64,000 nt of DNA from Oscillibacter sp. GTDB taxonomy: Bacteria > Bacillota > Clostridia > Oscillospirales > Oscillospiraceae. The stretch is from positions 1,912 to 65,911 of the forward strand of contig JAFUGI010000078.1 in the NCBI GenBank assembly GCA_017469475.1, written 5' to 3'. The position numbers were made by a program, and so were the translations under genes. The notes beneath the pieces were generated by a model, which ran no database searches, had not been told where the DNA came from, and saw only the letters and a list, made by a program, of their open reading frames with translations. The first letter of the stretch is position 1, and every line of letters starts with the position of its first letter. Below are positions 39,858 through 49,145 of the stretch, piece by piece.

Positions 39858-40663
39858 CAGATCACCTCCCCGCTGCGGCGCTGCAGCCCCTCTCCGATAA
39901 GGCCCACGCCGAACACCAGCAGCACGATGACAAGGCCCGTGCAAAGGGCGTACCACGGCGCCCGGGTAAACATGCCCTGGGCCTCGGAGAGCATATAGCC
40001 GAGAGACGCGTCCGGCGGCGTGACGCCGATACCGAGATAGCTCATGGACGCCTCCGCCAAAACCGCGTTGTTGAAGCCGATGGTGATGGCCGGCAGCAGC
40101 GTGGAGGCGGTATTGGGCAGAATGTGGACCAGCAGGATGCGCGCCTTGGGCACGCCCATCAGCTGGGCGATCTTCACATAGTTGGCCTCCCGCACGGCGG
40201 CGTAAGCCGTGCGGGTGACCCGGGCGAAGCTGGGGATGAACACCAGCCCCAGAGAGAGCACCACGTTATAGGTCTTGCCCGGCCCCACGAGGGAGATAAT
40301 GACAAGAGCCAGCAAAATGCTGGGAAAGGCGGTGAGCACGTCCCCCAGGCGCATCAAAATCTCGTCCGCCAGGCCGCCGAAATAGCCGGTGAGAGCGCCG
40401 ATGAGGATGCCCCCCGCAAGACCGATGGCCACCGTGGCCACGGCGATGAGCAGCGTGGTGCCCGCCCCCTCCATGACACGGCTGAAAATGTCCCGGCCGA
40501 AGTTGTCCGTTCCCATCAGGTGGCGCAGGGAGGGGGAGAGAAATTTTTCCGCCGACATGGCGGTGGGGTCATAGGGCGTCCAGAAAAAGCCCAGCACGAT
40601 CATGGCCGCCAAAAGCCCCGCCAGAAGGCAGCCCGCCGTGAGGTAGGGGTTCTTCTTCATCAC
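39857..40663 (-). CDS. Peptide/nickel ABC permease (OppC/DppC-like)
   Basis: H.MGTDNFGRD.FSR, GYFGG..D, EAS.S.LG.G. Confidence 0.92.
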   Translation of the reverse strand: MMKKNPYLTAGCLLAGLLAAMIVLGFFWTPYDPTAMSAEKFLSPSLRHLMGTDNFGRDIFSRVMEGAGTTLLIAVATVAIGLAGGILIGALTGYFGGLADEILMRLGDVLTAFPSILLALVIISLVGPGKTYNVVLSLGLVFIPSFARVTRTAYAAVREANYVKIAQLMGVPKARILLVHILPNTASTLLPAITIGFNNAVLAEASMSYLGIGVTPPDASLGYMLSEAQGMFTRAPWYALCTGLVIVLLVFGVGLIGEGLQRRSGEVI

Positions 40664-41607
40664 GTCTCACCTCCCAGCCGAAGCCGCGGGTCGATGCGCC
40701 CGTTGATGAGGTCCGCCGCCGTGCCGGAGAGGACCACCCAGAAGGCCAGGATCACCACGATGGCCTGGACCACCGGATAGTCCCGGTTGGCGATGGACAC
40801 CACCAGCATCCGCCCCAGGCCCGGGATGCCGAACACCTGCTCCACCACGATGCTGCCCGCCACGATCTCCGCCATGGTCTGGGCCAGGAAGGTGACCACC
40901 GGCACCAGGGCGTTTTTCAGCACGTGGCGCACCAGCACGCCGGAGCGGTCGTTGCCCCGGGAGATGGCGGTGCGGACATAGTCCTTCTGCATCTCGCTGA
41001 GGATGGTGCTGCGCAGCATCCGCACCGTCATGGCGATGCGGGGGATGGCGATGGCCACGGCGGCGAAGAGCAGGTACTTCACGGCGCTTCCAAACCGGGC
41101 AAGGCCGGGAAAGGCGCCGGGGGTGAACCAGTGGAGCACAATGCCGAACAGCCACGAGAGCAAAATGCCCGTGAAGAAGGAGGGCACCGCCATGCAGAAC
41201 TGGTTGAAGGCGGTGTGCGCCCCGTCCAGCGCGCCGCCGGCATACCGGGCGCACACCACCCCCAGGGGGATGGAGACGAGGACGATGAGAAGAAAGCTCA
41301 AAAGACTCAGCCACAGCGTCACCGCCGTCTTGGGGCCGATGAGCTCCCACACCGGCTGGCGATAGCTGTAGGATACGCCCAGGTCGCCGGTGAAAAAGCC
41401 GGCCAGCCACGCGCCGTACCGCACCAGCAGCGGCCGGTCCAGCCCCAGCTCATGCTCCAGGGCGGCCACCCGCTCCGGCGTCGCCTGGGTGCCCAGCATG
41501 ATCTCCGCCGCGTTGCCGGAGATGAGGGAAAAGGCCGCGAAGGCCAGAAATGAGACCACCAGCATGGTGAGGATCAGGGTCAAAAGCCGCTTTGCCGCAT
41601 ATTTCAT
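40660..41607 (-). CDS. Peptide/nickel ABC permease (OppB/DppB-like)
   Basis: LGLDRP, DYVRTA..RG, HVLKNA, VEQVF..PGLG, RDYPVVQ. Confidence 0.92.
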   Translation of the reverse strand: MKYAAKRLLTLILTMLVVSFLAFAAFSLISGNAAEIMLGTQATPERVAALEHELGLDRPLLVRYGAWLAGFFTGDLGVSYSYRQPVWELIGPKTAVTLWLSLLSFLLIVLVSIPLGVVCARYAGGALDGAHTAFNQFCMAVPSFFTGILLSWLFGIVLHWFTPGAFPGLARFGSAVKYLLFAAVAIAIPRIAMTVRMLRSTILSEMQKDYVRTAISRGNDRSGVLVRHVLKNALVPVVTFLAQTMAEIVAGSIVVEQVFGIPGLGRMLVVSIANRDYPVVQAIVVILAFWVVLSGTAADLINGRIDPRLRLGGET

Positions 41608-41715
41608 GGGTCCTCCGATCCTCCGCCGGTCAGGGCGGAGTCAGGGTGATGCACGCCGCCGCCCACGCCCCGCCGTCAGCGGAGCGTGGGCGCTTTGTGG
41701 AAACGAGGGCCGGTC

Positions 41716-43242
41716 TCAGCCGGCGTAGCGCAGGGCGGACAGGTCCAGCACGTAGATGGGGTAGAACCGCACCCCCTCCAGGCCCTTGCGCACGGCCACC
41801 AGGTCCGCCATGTCCTGGATGTAGACGTTGGCGGCGTTTTCGGTGAGGTTGCGCTCCATCTGCTTGTAGATGGCGGTCTGGACGGCGTCGTCATAGCTGG
41901 CCTGGGCCTGGGCGAAGAGGGCGTCGTACTCGGCGTTTTCGTAGTTGATGAAGTCGTTGGAGGCGGTGGAGGTGAAGCGCTCCAGCAGGGCCCGGGCGGT
42001 CATGTTGGAGGCGTCCACGCCGATGACCGTGGACTGGAACTGCCGGCCGGCGTACACATCGGAAAGCCAGGTGCCCCACTCCACCAGCTGCAGCTCCGCC
42101 GTGACGCCGATGTCCTTGAGCTGCTGGGCGATGACCTGGGCGGTATCGATGTGGGGCTGGTAGTTGGAGGGGACGGTGATGGTCATGGAGAAGCCGTCCG
42201 GATACCCGGCCTCCGCCAGCAGGGCCTTGGCCCGGGCGGTGTCGTGAGAATAGTAGTCAGTGAGGCTGGGGTCAAAATACTTGGCGAAGGCGGGGTACAT
42301 GCTGGAGCCGATGGGGCTTCCGTACCCGTCGAAGGCCTGGTCGATGACGCCCTGCTTGTCCACGGCGTAGCACAGGGCCTGGCGGACGCGCACATCGTCA
42401 AAGGGCTTCTCCCCGTTGTTGAGGTACATGGCCTGCACCAGGTTCATGGTGCCCTCGGCAACAGTGAACCCCTCCCCCAGCTGCTCGGCCTGGGTGATGG
42501 TCAGGTGGGCGAACAGGTCCACCGCCCCGCTCTGGAGGCTCATCATGATGGTGTCCGCGTTCTCGATGATCTTGAAGGTCACCTTGCTCAGCTGGGCAGG
42601 GGTGCCCCAATAGTCGTCAAACCGCTCCAGAACGATGGAGTCCTGAGCCGTGCGGGAGACGAAGCGGAAGGGGCCGGTGCCCACGGGGGCGGTGTCCTGC
42701 CGGTCGTAATCCGCTGGCAGCACCGCGCAGGTCAGGTAAGAGAGGAACTCGTTGGCCGGCTCCGCCAGGGTGATGACCACGGTGCTCTCGTCCGGGGTCT
42801 CCAGCTTCGTGACAGCAGAAAACGCCGCTACCTGGAGCACACCCGTCTCCGTGGCATCGGCGCAGCGTTGGATGGAATATTTCACGTCCTCTGCCGTCAC
42901 CGTGTCTCCGTTGTGGAACTTCACGCCCTGGCGCAGATGGAAGGTATACGTCAGGTGATCGTCGGAGATGGTATAGGTTTCCGCGATGGCAGGGACCAGG
43001 TCTCCCTCGGGAGTGGGCTTTACCAAGCCCTCAAACACATTGAACATGACTTCCTTGGTTCCTGCCGCCACCGCTTTGTGGGGGTCAAGACTGTCGTCCA
43101 GATCCTGTGCGATGCCAACGTTCAGCTCGTTGGCGGTTTTTCGGTTCTCCGGGCTGTCCTCCTTGCTGCCGCCTCCGCATCCGGTGAGTGCGGCGCTCAG
43201 AACGCATACCAGGAGCACCAGTGCCAAAATTCTCTTCTTCAT
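41716..43242 (-). CDS. Peptide ABC substrate-binding lipoprotein (OppA/DppA family 5)
   Basis: Lipobox LTGC; LDP, FEGLV, F.LR.GVKFHNG, GTGPF, D.RVRQA. Confidence 0.92.
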   Translation of the reverse strand: MKKRILALVLLVCVLSAALTGCGGGSKEDSPENRKTANELNVGIAQDLDDSLDPHKAVAAGTKEVMFNVFEGLVKPTPEGDLVPAIAETYTISDDHLTYTFHLRQGVKFHNGDTVTAEDVKYSIQRCADATETGVLQVAAFSAVTKLETPDESTVVITLAEPANEFLSYLTCAVLPADYDRQDTAPVGTGPFRFVSRTAQDSIVLERFDDYWGTPAQLSKVTFKIIENADTIMMSLQSGAVDLFAHLTITQAEQLGEGFTVAEGTMNLVQAMYLNNGEKPFDDVRVRQALCYAVDKQGVIDQAFDGYGSPIGSSMYPAFAKYFDPSLTDYYSHDTARAKALLAEAGYPDGFSMTITVPSNYQPHIDTAQVIAQQLKDIGVTAELQLVEWGTWLSDVYAGRQFQSTVIGVDASNMTARALLERFTSTASNDFINYENAEYDALFAQAQASYDDAVQTAIYKQMERNLTENAANVYIQDMADLVAVRKGLEGVRFYPIYVLDLSALRYAG

Positions 43243-43383
43243 GTCGCATTCTCCTTTTTCATCACTGCCCCGGTGGGGTCAATGTGGTCCTGGCGGACCA
43301 TGACAGAAGTTTGGCTCTATTCAATTGTGGAAAAAAGAGCCCTGCAAGGCCCGGATTGTGAGCCCAGGGCCCTGCAAGGCTGT

Positions 43384-43412
43384 ATTGTACACAATTGCAT
43401 TGGGGATTGCAA
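43384..43412 (-). promoter_or_regulatory. Sigma70 promoter of the opp operon
   Basis: TTGCAA-17-TACAAT with TG extension. Confidence 0.7.
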
Positions 43413-43436
43413 GGGGTGGACGCAGATTTTCCCCGG

Positions 43437-44669
43437 TCACGGCTCCTTTTTCTTCCCCTCTGTCTCCTCGCGGGGAAGGTCCCCGCCATAGGCCTCCGTC
43501 TCCTCCGGAAGATGGCGCCGGCGCAGCCGCTGGGAGAGCAGGAAGTCCACCGCGCAGTACAGGCACGCGCACACCGGCACACCGAAGAACATGCCCGGGA
43601 TGCCGAAAAAGCTGCCGCCCACCAGGATGGCGATGATGACCCACAGGCTGGAAAGCCCCGTCTGTCCCCCCAGGATCTTGGGGCCGATGACGTTGCCGTC
43701 CAGCTGCTGGAGGGCCAGCACGAAGATCAGGAAGTACAGCGCCTTGAGGGGCGAGACCAGCAGGATCAAAAACGCGCTGGGGATGGCCCCCAGGAAGGGG
43801 CCGAAGAAGGGGATGATGTTGGTCACGCCCACAAACACGGAGATCAGCGGCGTGTAGGGGAATTTCAGGATAGAGCAGCCGATGAAGCACAAAATACCGA
43901 TGATGAGCGAGTCCAGCAGCTTGCCCCGCACGAAGCCGGAGAAGATGCCGTCCGCCCGGCGGGCGCCCCGCAGCACCCAGCCGGCGTTCTTTTTGGAAAA
44001 GAGGGCGCACACGGCCTTTTTCCCGTAGGCGGCGCTGCGCTCCTTGGTGGCCAGCAGGTACACCGAGACGATGACGCCGATGAGCAGGTTCTTCAAAAAG
44101 CCCACGGCGGACTTGACGCCGCCGCCCACGGTGCGCGCCACCGTCAGTGCGTCGTTGAGGGCCTGGTTTTGCAGCCAGTCGTTGGCCTTGGTATAGGCGT
44201 CGTTCATCCGGGCGTTGACCCAGGGCTCGATGGCGGGAAAGCGCTCGAAGAGGCTCTCGATCCAGCCGGCCACGGTTTTATAGTAGGTCTCTGCGTTGTT
44301 GGCCAGCTGGATCACGCTCTTATAGAGCTCCGGCAGCAGCACGGACACCAGCAGGTACAGCAGCACGCCCACGATGGCCCACGTCAGCGCTACGCTGACG
44401 GCCCGAACGCCCGGCGCGCAAAAGCGCCCCTTCTCCCGGGCCCGCGCCACCGGCGCGGAGAAGAACCACCGCTCCAAAACGTCCACCAGCGGCGCGAGGA
44501 GATAGGCCATGAAGGCCCCGTACAAAATGGGGGCTACCGCCGTGAGGAGCTTTCCCGCAAGGCCCGGCAGCACCCGGCTCCCGAAAAGCGTGTCATAAAA
44601 GAGCAGGATGGCGCCCGCCGTGCAGAAAACCGTCAGCCCCGCTCGGGTATAGTTGTTCCTCCGGTCCAT
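43437..44669 (-). CDS. AI-2E family transporter
   Basis: AYLL.P.V, F.RGKLLDS, TN.IPFFGP, QQLDGN.IGPKILG. Confidence 0.92.
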   Translation of the reverse strand: MDRRNNYTRAGLTVFCTAGAILLFYDTLFGSRVLPGLAGKLLTAVAPILYGAFMAYLLAPLVDVLERWFFSAPVARAREKGRFCAPGVRAVSVALTWAIVGVLLYLLVSVLLPELYKSVIQLANNAETYYKTVAGWIESLFERFPAIEPWVNARMNDAYTKANDWLQNQALNDALTVARTVGGGVKSAVGFLKNLLIGVIVSVYLLATKERSAAYGKKAVCALFSKKNAGWVLRGARRADGIFSGFVRGKLLDSLIIGILCFIGCSILKFPYTPLISVFVGVTNIIPFFGPFLGAIPSAFLILLVSPLKALYFLIFVLALQQLDGNVIGPKILGGQTGLSSLWVIIAILVGGSFFGIPGMFFGVPVCACLYCAVDFLLSQRLRRRHLPEETEAYGGDLPREETEGKKKEP

Positions 44670-44719
44670 GCGCCGCCTCCTTCTTTTGGGTTTCCGCCCC
44701 GCCGGGCGGATACAGGTTT

Positions 44720-44771
44720 ATTGTACATGGTGGGCCGGGGAATTGCAATCCCGTTTTTGCCGTGCTATACT
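44720..44771. promoter_or_regulatory. Back-to-back sigma70 promoters sharing one palindromic -35 (TTGCAA 44743-44748)
   Basis: Plus: TTGCAA-17-TATACT(44766); minus: TTGCAA-17-TACAAT(44725-44720); both TG-extended. Confidence 0.65.
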
Positions 44772-44848
44772 CTTTTTTGCAGTCCTCTTTTCCCACTTCT
44801 CATGCGTTTGCGAAGCCGCGGCACCCCGCCCGGTAAGGAGCCCTTTTT

Positions 44849-45736
44849 ATGGAAGATCGAAAGCTTTTGATGATCGTCAATCCCAAGGCCGGCCGCAGCA
44901 AGTCCCGCGGCCCCTTGTTCGACGCGGCCGCCGCCCTGTCGGAGGCCGGGTATCTGCTCTCCCTCCACATGACCACTGCCCCCGGCGACGCCACGGAGAC
45001 CGCCCGAGCGCGAGGCGGCGATTACGACGCGGTGGTGGCCGTGGGCGGGGACGGCACCCTCAACGAGGTCATCTCCGGCCTCATGTGCCTGGAGGAGCGG
45101 CCCCCTCTGGGCTACCTCCCCCAGGGCAGCACCAACGACTTTGCCGCCAGCCTCCACATCTCCGGAAAGCCGGAGGAGGCCGCGGCGGCCATCGCCAAAG
45201 GCGAGACGCGTCGGCTGGACATCGGCCGGTGGAACGAGCGCCGCTTCGTGTATGTCGCCTCCTTCGGCGCCTTTACCCGCAGCTCCTACGCCGCGCCCCA
45301 GTCCACCAAAAATGCCCTGGGCCACTTTGCCTACATCTTAGAGGGCATGATGGACCTGGACTCCCTGCGGCCCTACCGGGTCCGCCTCACGGCGGACGGC
45401 GAGGTCCTGGACGGGGAGTATCTCTTCGGCGCCGTGTGCAACTCCACCTCCATCGGCGGTCTGATGAAGCTGGAGCCGGAGCAGGTGGTATTGGACGACG
45501 GCAAATTTGAGCTGCTGCTCATCCCCAACCCCAAGAGCCCCGCGGACCTCCAGAACCTGATCTTCGCCCTGATGAACCAGGAGTACGAAAGTCAGTGGCT
45601 GGTGCTCCGCCACGTCTCCTCCCTCCACCTGGAGACGGAGGAGGAGCTCCCCTGGTCTCTGGACGGCGAATACGCCGCCAGCGAACCGGTGGTGGAGATC
45701 AAAAACTGCCGTCAGGCACTGGAGATGCTGCTGTGA
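44849..45736 (+). CDS. Diacylglycerol kinase-family lipid kinase (YegS/BmrU-like)
   Basis: IVNP.AG, GGDGTLNEV, P.GSTNDFA, DDGKFE, DGE. Confidence 0.92.
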   Translation: MEDRKLLMIVNPKAGRSKSRGPLFDAAAALSEAGYLLSLHMTTAPGDATETARARGGDYDAVVAVGGDGTLNEVISGLMCLEERPPLGYLPQGSTNDFAASLHISGKPEEAAAAIAKGETRRLDIGRWNERRFVYVASFGAFTRSSYAAPQSTKNALGHFAYILEGMMDLDSLRPYRVRLTADGEVLDGEYLFGAVCNSTSIGGLMKLEPEQVVLDDGKFELLLIPNPKSPADLQNLIFALMNQEYESQWLVLRHVSSLHLETEEELPWSLDGEYAASEPVVEIKNCRQALEMLL

Positions 45737-46362
45737 AAGACGAAATGACCGCCCTTCGGCAAAAATTTGACGGCCACGCCCCCGGCCTTCTGGGCGCCCG
45801 CCACGAATACGCCGTGCTCTGTCCCCTGGTGGAGCGGCCGGACGGGACCCACCTGCTCTTTGAGGTCCGCTCCTCCGGCATCCGCCAGGGCGGGGAGGTG
45901 TGCTTCCCCGGCGGACGGCGGGAGGCGGGAGAGACGGTGGCGGAGTGCGCCCTCCGGGAGACGGAGGAAGAGCTGGCCATCCCCCGCCGGGAGGTGACGC
46001 TGCTGGGCACGCCGGACTTCATCTGCAACCAGCGGGGCTTTTTGCTCCGGCCGGTGCTGGGGGCGGTGTCCCCGGAGGGCATGGCGTGCCTGCGCCCCTC
46101 GGAGGCGGAGGTGGCGGAGGTCTTCACCGCCCCCCTCTCCTTCTTCCGGGACACGGCGCCGGAGGTCTATACCTACGCCCTCTCCCCCCAGATCCCGGAG
46201 GATTTCCCCTACGCCTCCATCGGCGTCACCGCCCCCTATCCCTGGGCCGGCGGCCAGGTGGAGGTGCCCATCTGGCACTGGCAGGGCCACACGGTTTGGG
46301 GCATGACTGCCCGGCTGGTGTGGCAGCTGGTCCAGGCGCTGCCGGGCGCAGGCGGGGCATGA
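45733..46362 (+). CDS. Nudix hydrolase, CoA pyrophosphatase-like
   Basis: GEVCFPGG..E..E....ALRETEEE Nudix box; .WGMTA; GTGA overlap with upstream stop. Confidence 0.88.
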   Translation: MKDEMTALRQKFDGHAPGLLGARHEYAVLCPLVERPDGTHLLFEVRSSGIRQGGEVCFPGGRREAGETVAECALRETEEELAIPRREVTLLGTPDFICNQRGFLLRPVLGAVSPEGMACLRPSEAEVAEVFTAPLSFFRDTAPEVYTYALSPQIPEDFPYASIGVTAPYPWAGGQVEVPIWHWQGHTVWGMTARLVWQLVQALPGAGGA

Positions 46363-46405
46363 GCTTCGGCCTATTTTTTGGAGGCCGGAAGGGAGAGGAT
46401 GACAG

Positions 46406-47317
46406 GTGACGATCCAGCAATTGAAGTACGCGGTGGCCGTGGCGGAGACCGGGTCCATCACGGAGGCTGCCAAGCAGCTCTATCTCTCCCAGCCCAGCCT
46501 GTCAAACGCGATCCGGGACATGGAGGCAGAGGCCGGGATCTCCATCTTCTCCCGCAGCAGGGCCGGGGTCACCGTTACCAAGGAGGGGGCAGAGTTCCTG
46601 GGGTACGCCCGGCAAGTTCTCCAGCAGATGGAGCTCCTGGAGGATAGATACCTGGCGGGCCTTCCGCGGAAGACCCGGTTCGCCGTGTCCACGCAGCACT
46701 ATACCTTCACGGAAAACGCCTTCGTGGACCTGGTGAAGCGATTCGGCCAGGACCGCTACGCGTTTTATTTCAACGAAACCGGGACCCACCAGATCCTGGA
46801 GGACGTGAAAAACCGGGTCAGCGACCTGGGGATCCTCCACCTCTCCAACGAGAACGAGGCGGTCCTGCGCAAGACGATCGAGGAGGACCGGCTCCGCTTT
46901 TTCCCGCTGTTTTCCGCAAGTCCCCATGTGTTTTTATCCAGAGACCATCCCCTTGCAGGGAAGGCGGTGCTCCGGCTGGCAGATCTGCAGCCCTATCCCC
47001 GGCTGAACTTTGTGCAGGGGGACTATGAGTCCGTCTACTTTTCGGAGGAGCTGTTCCGCTCCGTCCCGGCGGAGAAGGAGATCCGCCTCAACGACCGCGG
47101 CGCCATCGTCAATTTCATGATTGGGCTCCAAGCCTATACCATATCCAGCGGCATCTTCCCCCGCTACCTTCATGGCGACAGCATTATCGCGGTCCCGCTG
47201 CGGGAGGAGGAGCAGATGCAGATCGGCTATGTCATGCCGGAGGGGCAGGAGCTGAGCGAGCTGGGGCGCATCTACATCAGCGAGCTGAAGAAATACGACC
47301 CGCAGAAGGACGCATAG
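46406..47317 (+). CDS. LysR family regulator (CpsY/MtaR/CmbR-like, sulfur amino acid type)
   Basis: QQL.Y...VAE.GS.TEAA.QLY.SQPSLS..I..ME; EFL.YARQ; VSTQHY. Confidence 0.92.
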   Translation: MTIQQLKYAVAVAETGSITEAAKQLYLSQPSLSNAIRDMEAEAGISIFSRSRAGVTVTKEGAEFLGYARQVLQQMELLEDRYLAGLPRKTRFAVSTQHYTFTENAFVDLVKRFGQDRYAFYFNETGTHQILEDVKNRVSDLGILHLSNENEAVLRKTIEEDRLRFFPLFSASPHVFLSRDHPLAGKAVLRLADLQPYPRLNFVQGDYESVYFSEELFRSVPAEKEIRLNDRGAIVNFMIGLQAYTISSGIFPRYLHGDSIIAVPLREEEQMQIGYVMPEGQELSELGRIYISELKKYDPQKDA

Positions 47318-47381
47318 CCCCAGGCTATAGCTGTCCATATCCAACAGGTGTTACCGCTCCCGCGCCATTTTCTGATATGAT
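47313..47381 (+). promoter_or_regulatory. Putative LysR box (T-N11-A) overlapping the lysR stop, plus extended -10 for the LysE gene
   Basis: CATAGCCCCAGGCTATA at 47313-47329; TG-A-TATGAT at 47373-47381. Confidence 0.55.
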
Positions 47382-47406
47382 TTTGCTCAGAAAGGCGGTG
47401 GCGGTC

Positions 47407-47991
47407 ATGCCGGTCGAAATCTGGAGGAGCTTTCTCATCTACTGCGGGATCAATGCCTTCACCCCGGGGCCAGGGAACATCCTTGCACTGGACACGGTGG
47501 CAAATTACGGGTGGGCACGGGGGCGGCCCCTGTTTTTCGGGATCTTCACCGGGTATTATCTCGTCCAGCTCCTGTGCGCGGCGGCAGTTTACGGGGTCAG
47601 CGCCGTGTTTCCCCATGCGCTGGTGCTCATGAAATATGTGGGCGCCGCATACATTTTGTATCTGGCGGTCCACATCGTGCTGAGCCGACCGGCACAGTCC
47701 GGCGGAGAGCGGTCCGCCTCCTTCGCCCAGGGCTTCGCCCTTCAGCTGGTCAACATCAAGATCTACCTCTTCGGCATCACGGCCCTGACGGGTTTTGTGG
47801 TCCCCTTCGGCGCCTCTCCGGCTGCTCTGCTGCGCTTCGCGCTTCTGATTGCCTCCATCGGCTCCCTCGCCACTGGCACGTGGATCTGCATGGGCGTGTT
47901 GATCCGGAGCTTTTACAGCCGGCACTACCGGCTCATCCACCTCCTTTTGGCGCTGGCCCTGCTGAGATGCGCGTACAGCATGCTCCGGTAG
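47407..47991 (+). CDS. LysE/RhtB family exporter, EamB-like (cysteine/O-acetylserine efflux)
   Basis: TPGPGNI, GAAY..YLA, F..GF.LQ.VN.K motifs. Confidence 0.85.
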   Translation: MPVEIWRSFLIYCGINAFTPGPGNILALDTVANYGWARGRPLFFGIFTGYYLVQLLCAAAVYGVSAVFPHALVLMKYVGAAYILYLAVHIVLSRPAQSGGERSASFAQGFALQLVNIKIYLFGITALTGFVVPFGASPAALLRFALLIASIGSLATGTWICMGVLIRSFYSRHYRLIHLLLALALLRCAYSMLR

Positions 47992-48014
47992 GCGGGCAGC
48001 CATGAAAAGAACAT

Positions 48015-48048
48015 GCAAGGCGGCACAGCATACGCTGTGCCGCCTTGC
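48015..48048. terminator. 15-bp perfect inverted repeat, bidirectional terminator
   Basis: GCAAGGCGGCACAGC-ATAC-GCTGTGCCGCCTTGC between convergent genes. Confidence 0.75.
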
Positions 48049-48102
48049 GTTCTTGCGGTGCTTCTCGGGCCGGTTTGCGCCGCCCGGGAGCGGCGCCCTT
48101 TT

Positions 48103-49053
48103 TCAGACGATCTCCTTGAGGTGCTCCATGTTCTTGCGGATGCCCTCGCAGCACTCGTGGAAGGTGGCCTTCTCGGCCTCCGTCAGCGGAAGCTCGATGA
48201 CCTGCTCCACACCGTCCTTGCCGATGAGGCAGGGCACGCCGGCAAAGAGGCCGCTCTCGCCGTACTCCCCCTCCAGGCCCATACTGGCGGGCAGGATCTG
48301 CTTTTCGTCGTGCAGCACGATGTGGACCATGCGGGCGGCGGTGGCGGCGATGCCGTACTCCGTGCACTGCTTGCCCTTGAAGGTCACCCAGCCGCCGCCG
48401 ATGGCCTCCTTCTGCAGGGCCTCCCGGTCGAAGCGGAAGCGCTCGTCCGTCTGCGCCCAGGTGTCCAGGGGCACGCCCCGGAAGGACACGCAGGACCAGG
48501 GGGCGAATTGCAGTGCGCCGTGCTCGCCCAGCATATAGGCGGTGGTGGACTTGTGGTCGATGCCGGTCTGGCGGTTCAGGGCGGAGAGCAGGCGGGAGGT
48601 ATCCAGCCCGGTGCCGGTGCCGAACACGTGGCCTCTGGGAAGGCCCAGGCCCAGGGCCAGCTGGCGGGTCACGATGTCGCAGGGGTTGGAGATGTTGATG
48701 AGGATGCCGTCAAAGCCGGAGGCCTTGATCTTGTCCACATAGCTGTTCACGGCCTTGATGTTGAAGTTCATCTCGTCCAGCCGGTCGTTCCGGGCCACCA
48801 GCAGCCCGATGCTGCCCACGCTGTTGACGATGACATCCACATCGGCCAGGTCCGCAAAGTCCCCGATGCTCACCTTGACCCGGTGGGGGCAGTAAGCCAC
48901 GCAGTCCCGCAGGTCCTGGCACTCGCTGATGGCCTTCTGCTCGTTCATGTCGATGAGCACCAGCTCATCCGCAATGCCCTGGAGGGCAAGGCTGTAGGCG
49001 ACGTGGGCGCCCACATGGCCCAGGCCGATGATGGCGACCTTCCTTGTTTTCAT
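48103..49053 (-). CDS. LDH/MDH-superfamily L-2-hydroxyacid dehydrogenase, HicDH-like
   Basis: IIGLGHVG, ISNPCD, GTGTGLDTSR, LGEHG; substrate loop SVGSIGLLVARNDR lacks the LDH Gln / MDH Arg and is longer and hydrophobic. Confidence 0.88.
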   Translation of the reverse strand: MKTRKVAIIGLGHVGAHVAYSLALQGIADELVLIDMNEQKAISECQDLRDCVAYCPHRVKVSIGDFADLADVDVIVNSVGSIGLLVARNDRLDEMNFNIKAVNSYVDKIKASGFDGILINISNPCDIVTRQLALGLGLPRGHVFGTGTGLDTSRLLSALNRQTGIDHKSTTAYMLGEHGALQFAPWSCVSFRGVPLDTWAQTDERFRFDREALQKEAIGGGWVTFKGKQCTEYGIAATAARMVHIVLHDEKQILPASMGLEGEYGESGLFAGVPCLIGKDGVEQVIELPLTEAEKATFHECCEGIRKNMEHLKEIV

Positions 49054-49145
49054 GGGGAAACACTCCTTCTATCTGAAATTGACGATTTGGGTCCTCATGG
49101 GATTCTCTCACAAAAAGCGGCGCTTGTCCACCCTTTGCGGGTCAC

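Noticed and set aside
48103-49053. Ordinary fermentative L-lactate dehydrogenase with lactate exporter
   Set aside because: Not excluded, but disfavoured: the substrate loop lacks the LDH Gln, and T-box control makes no sense for fermentation
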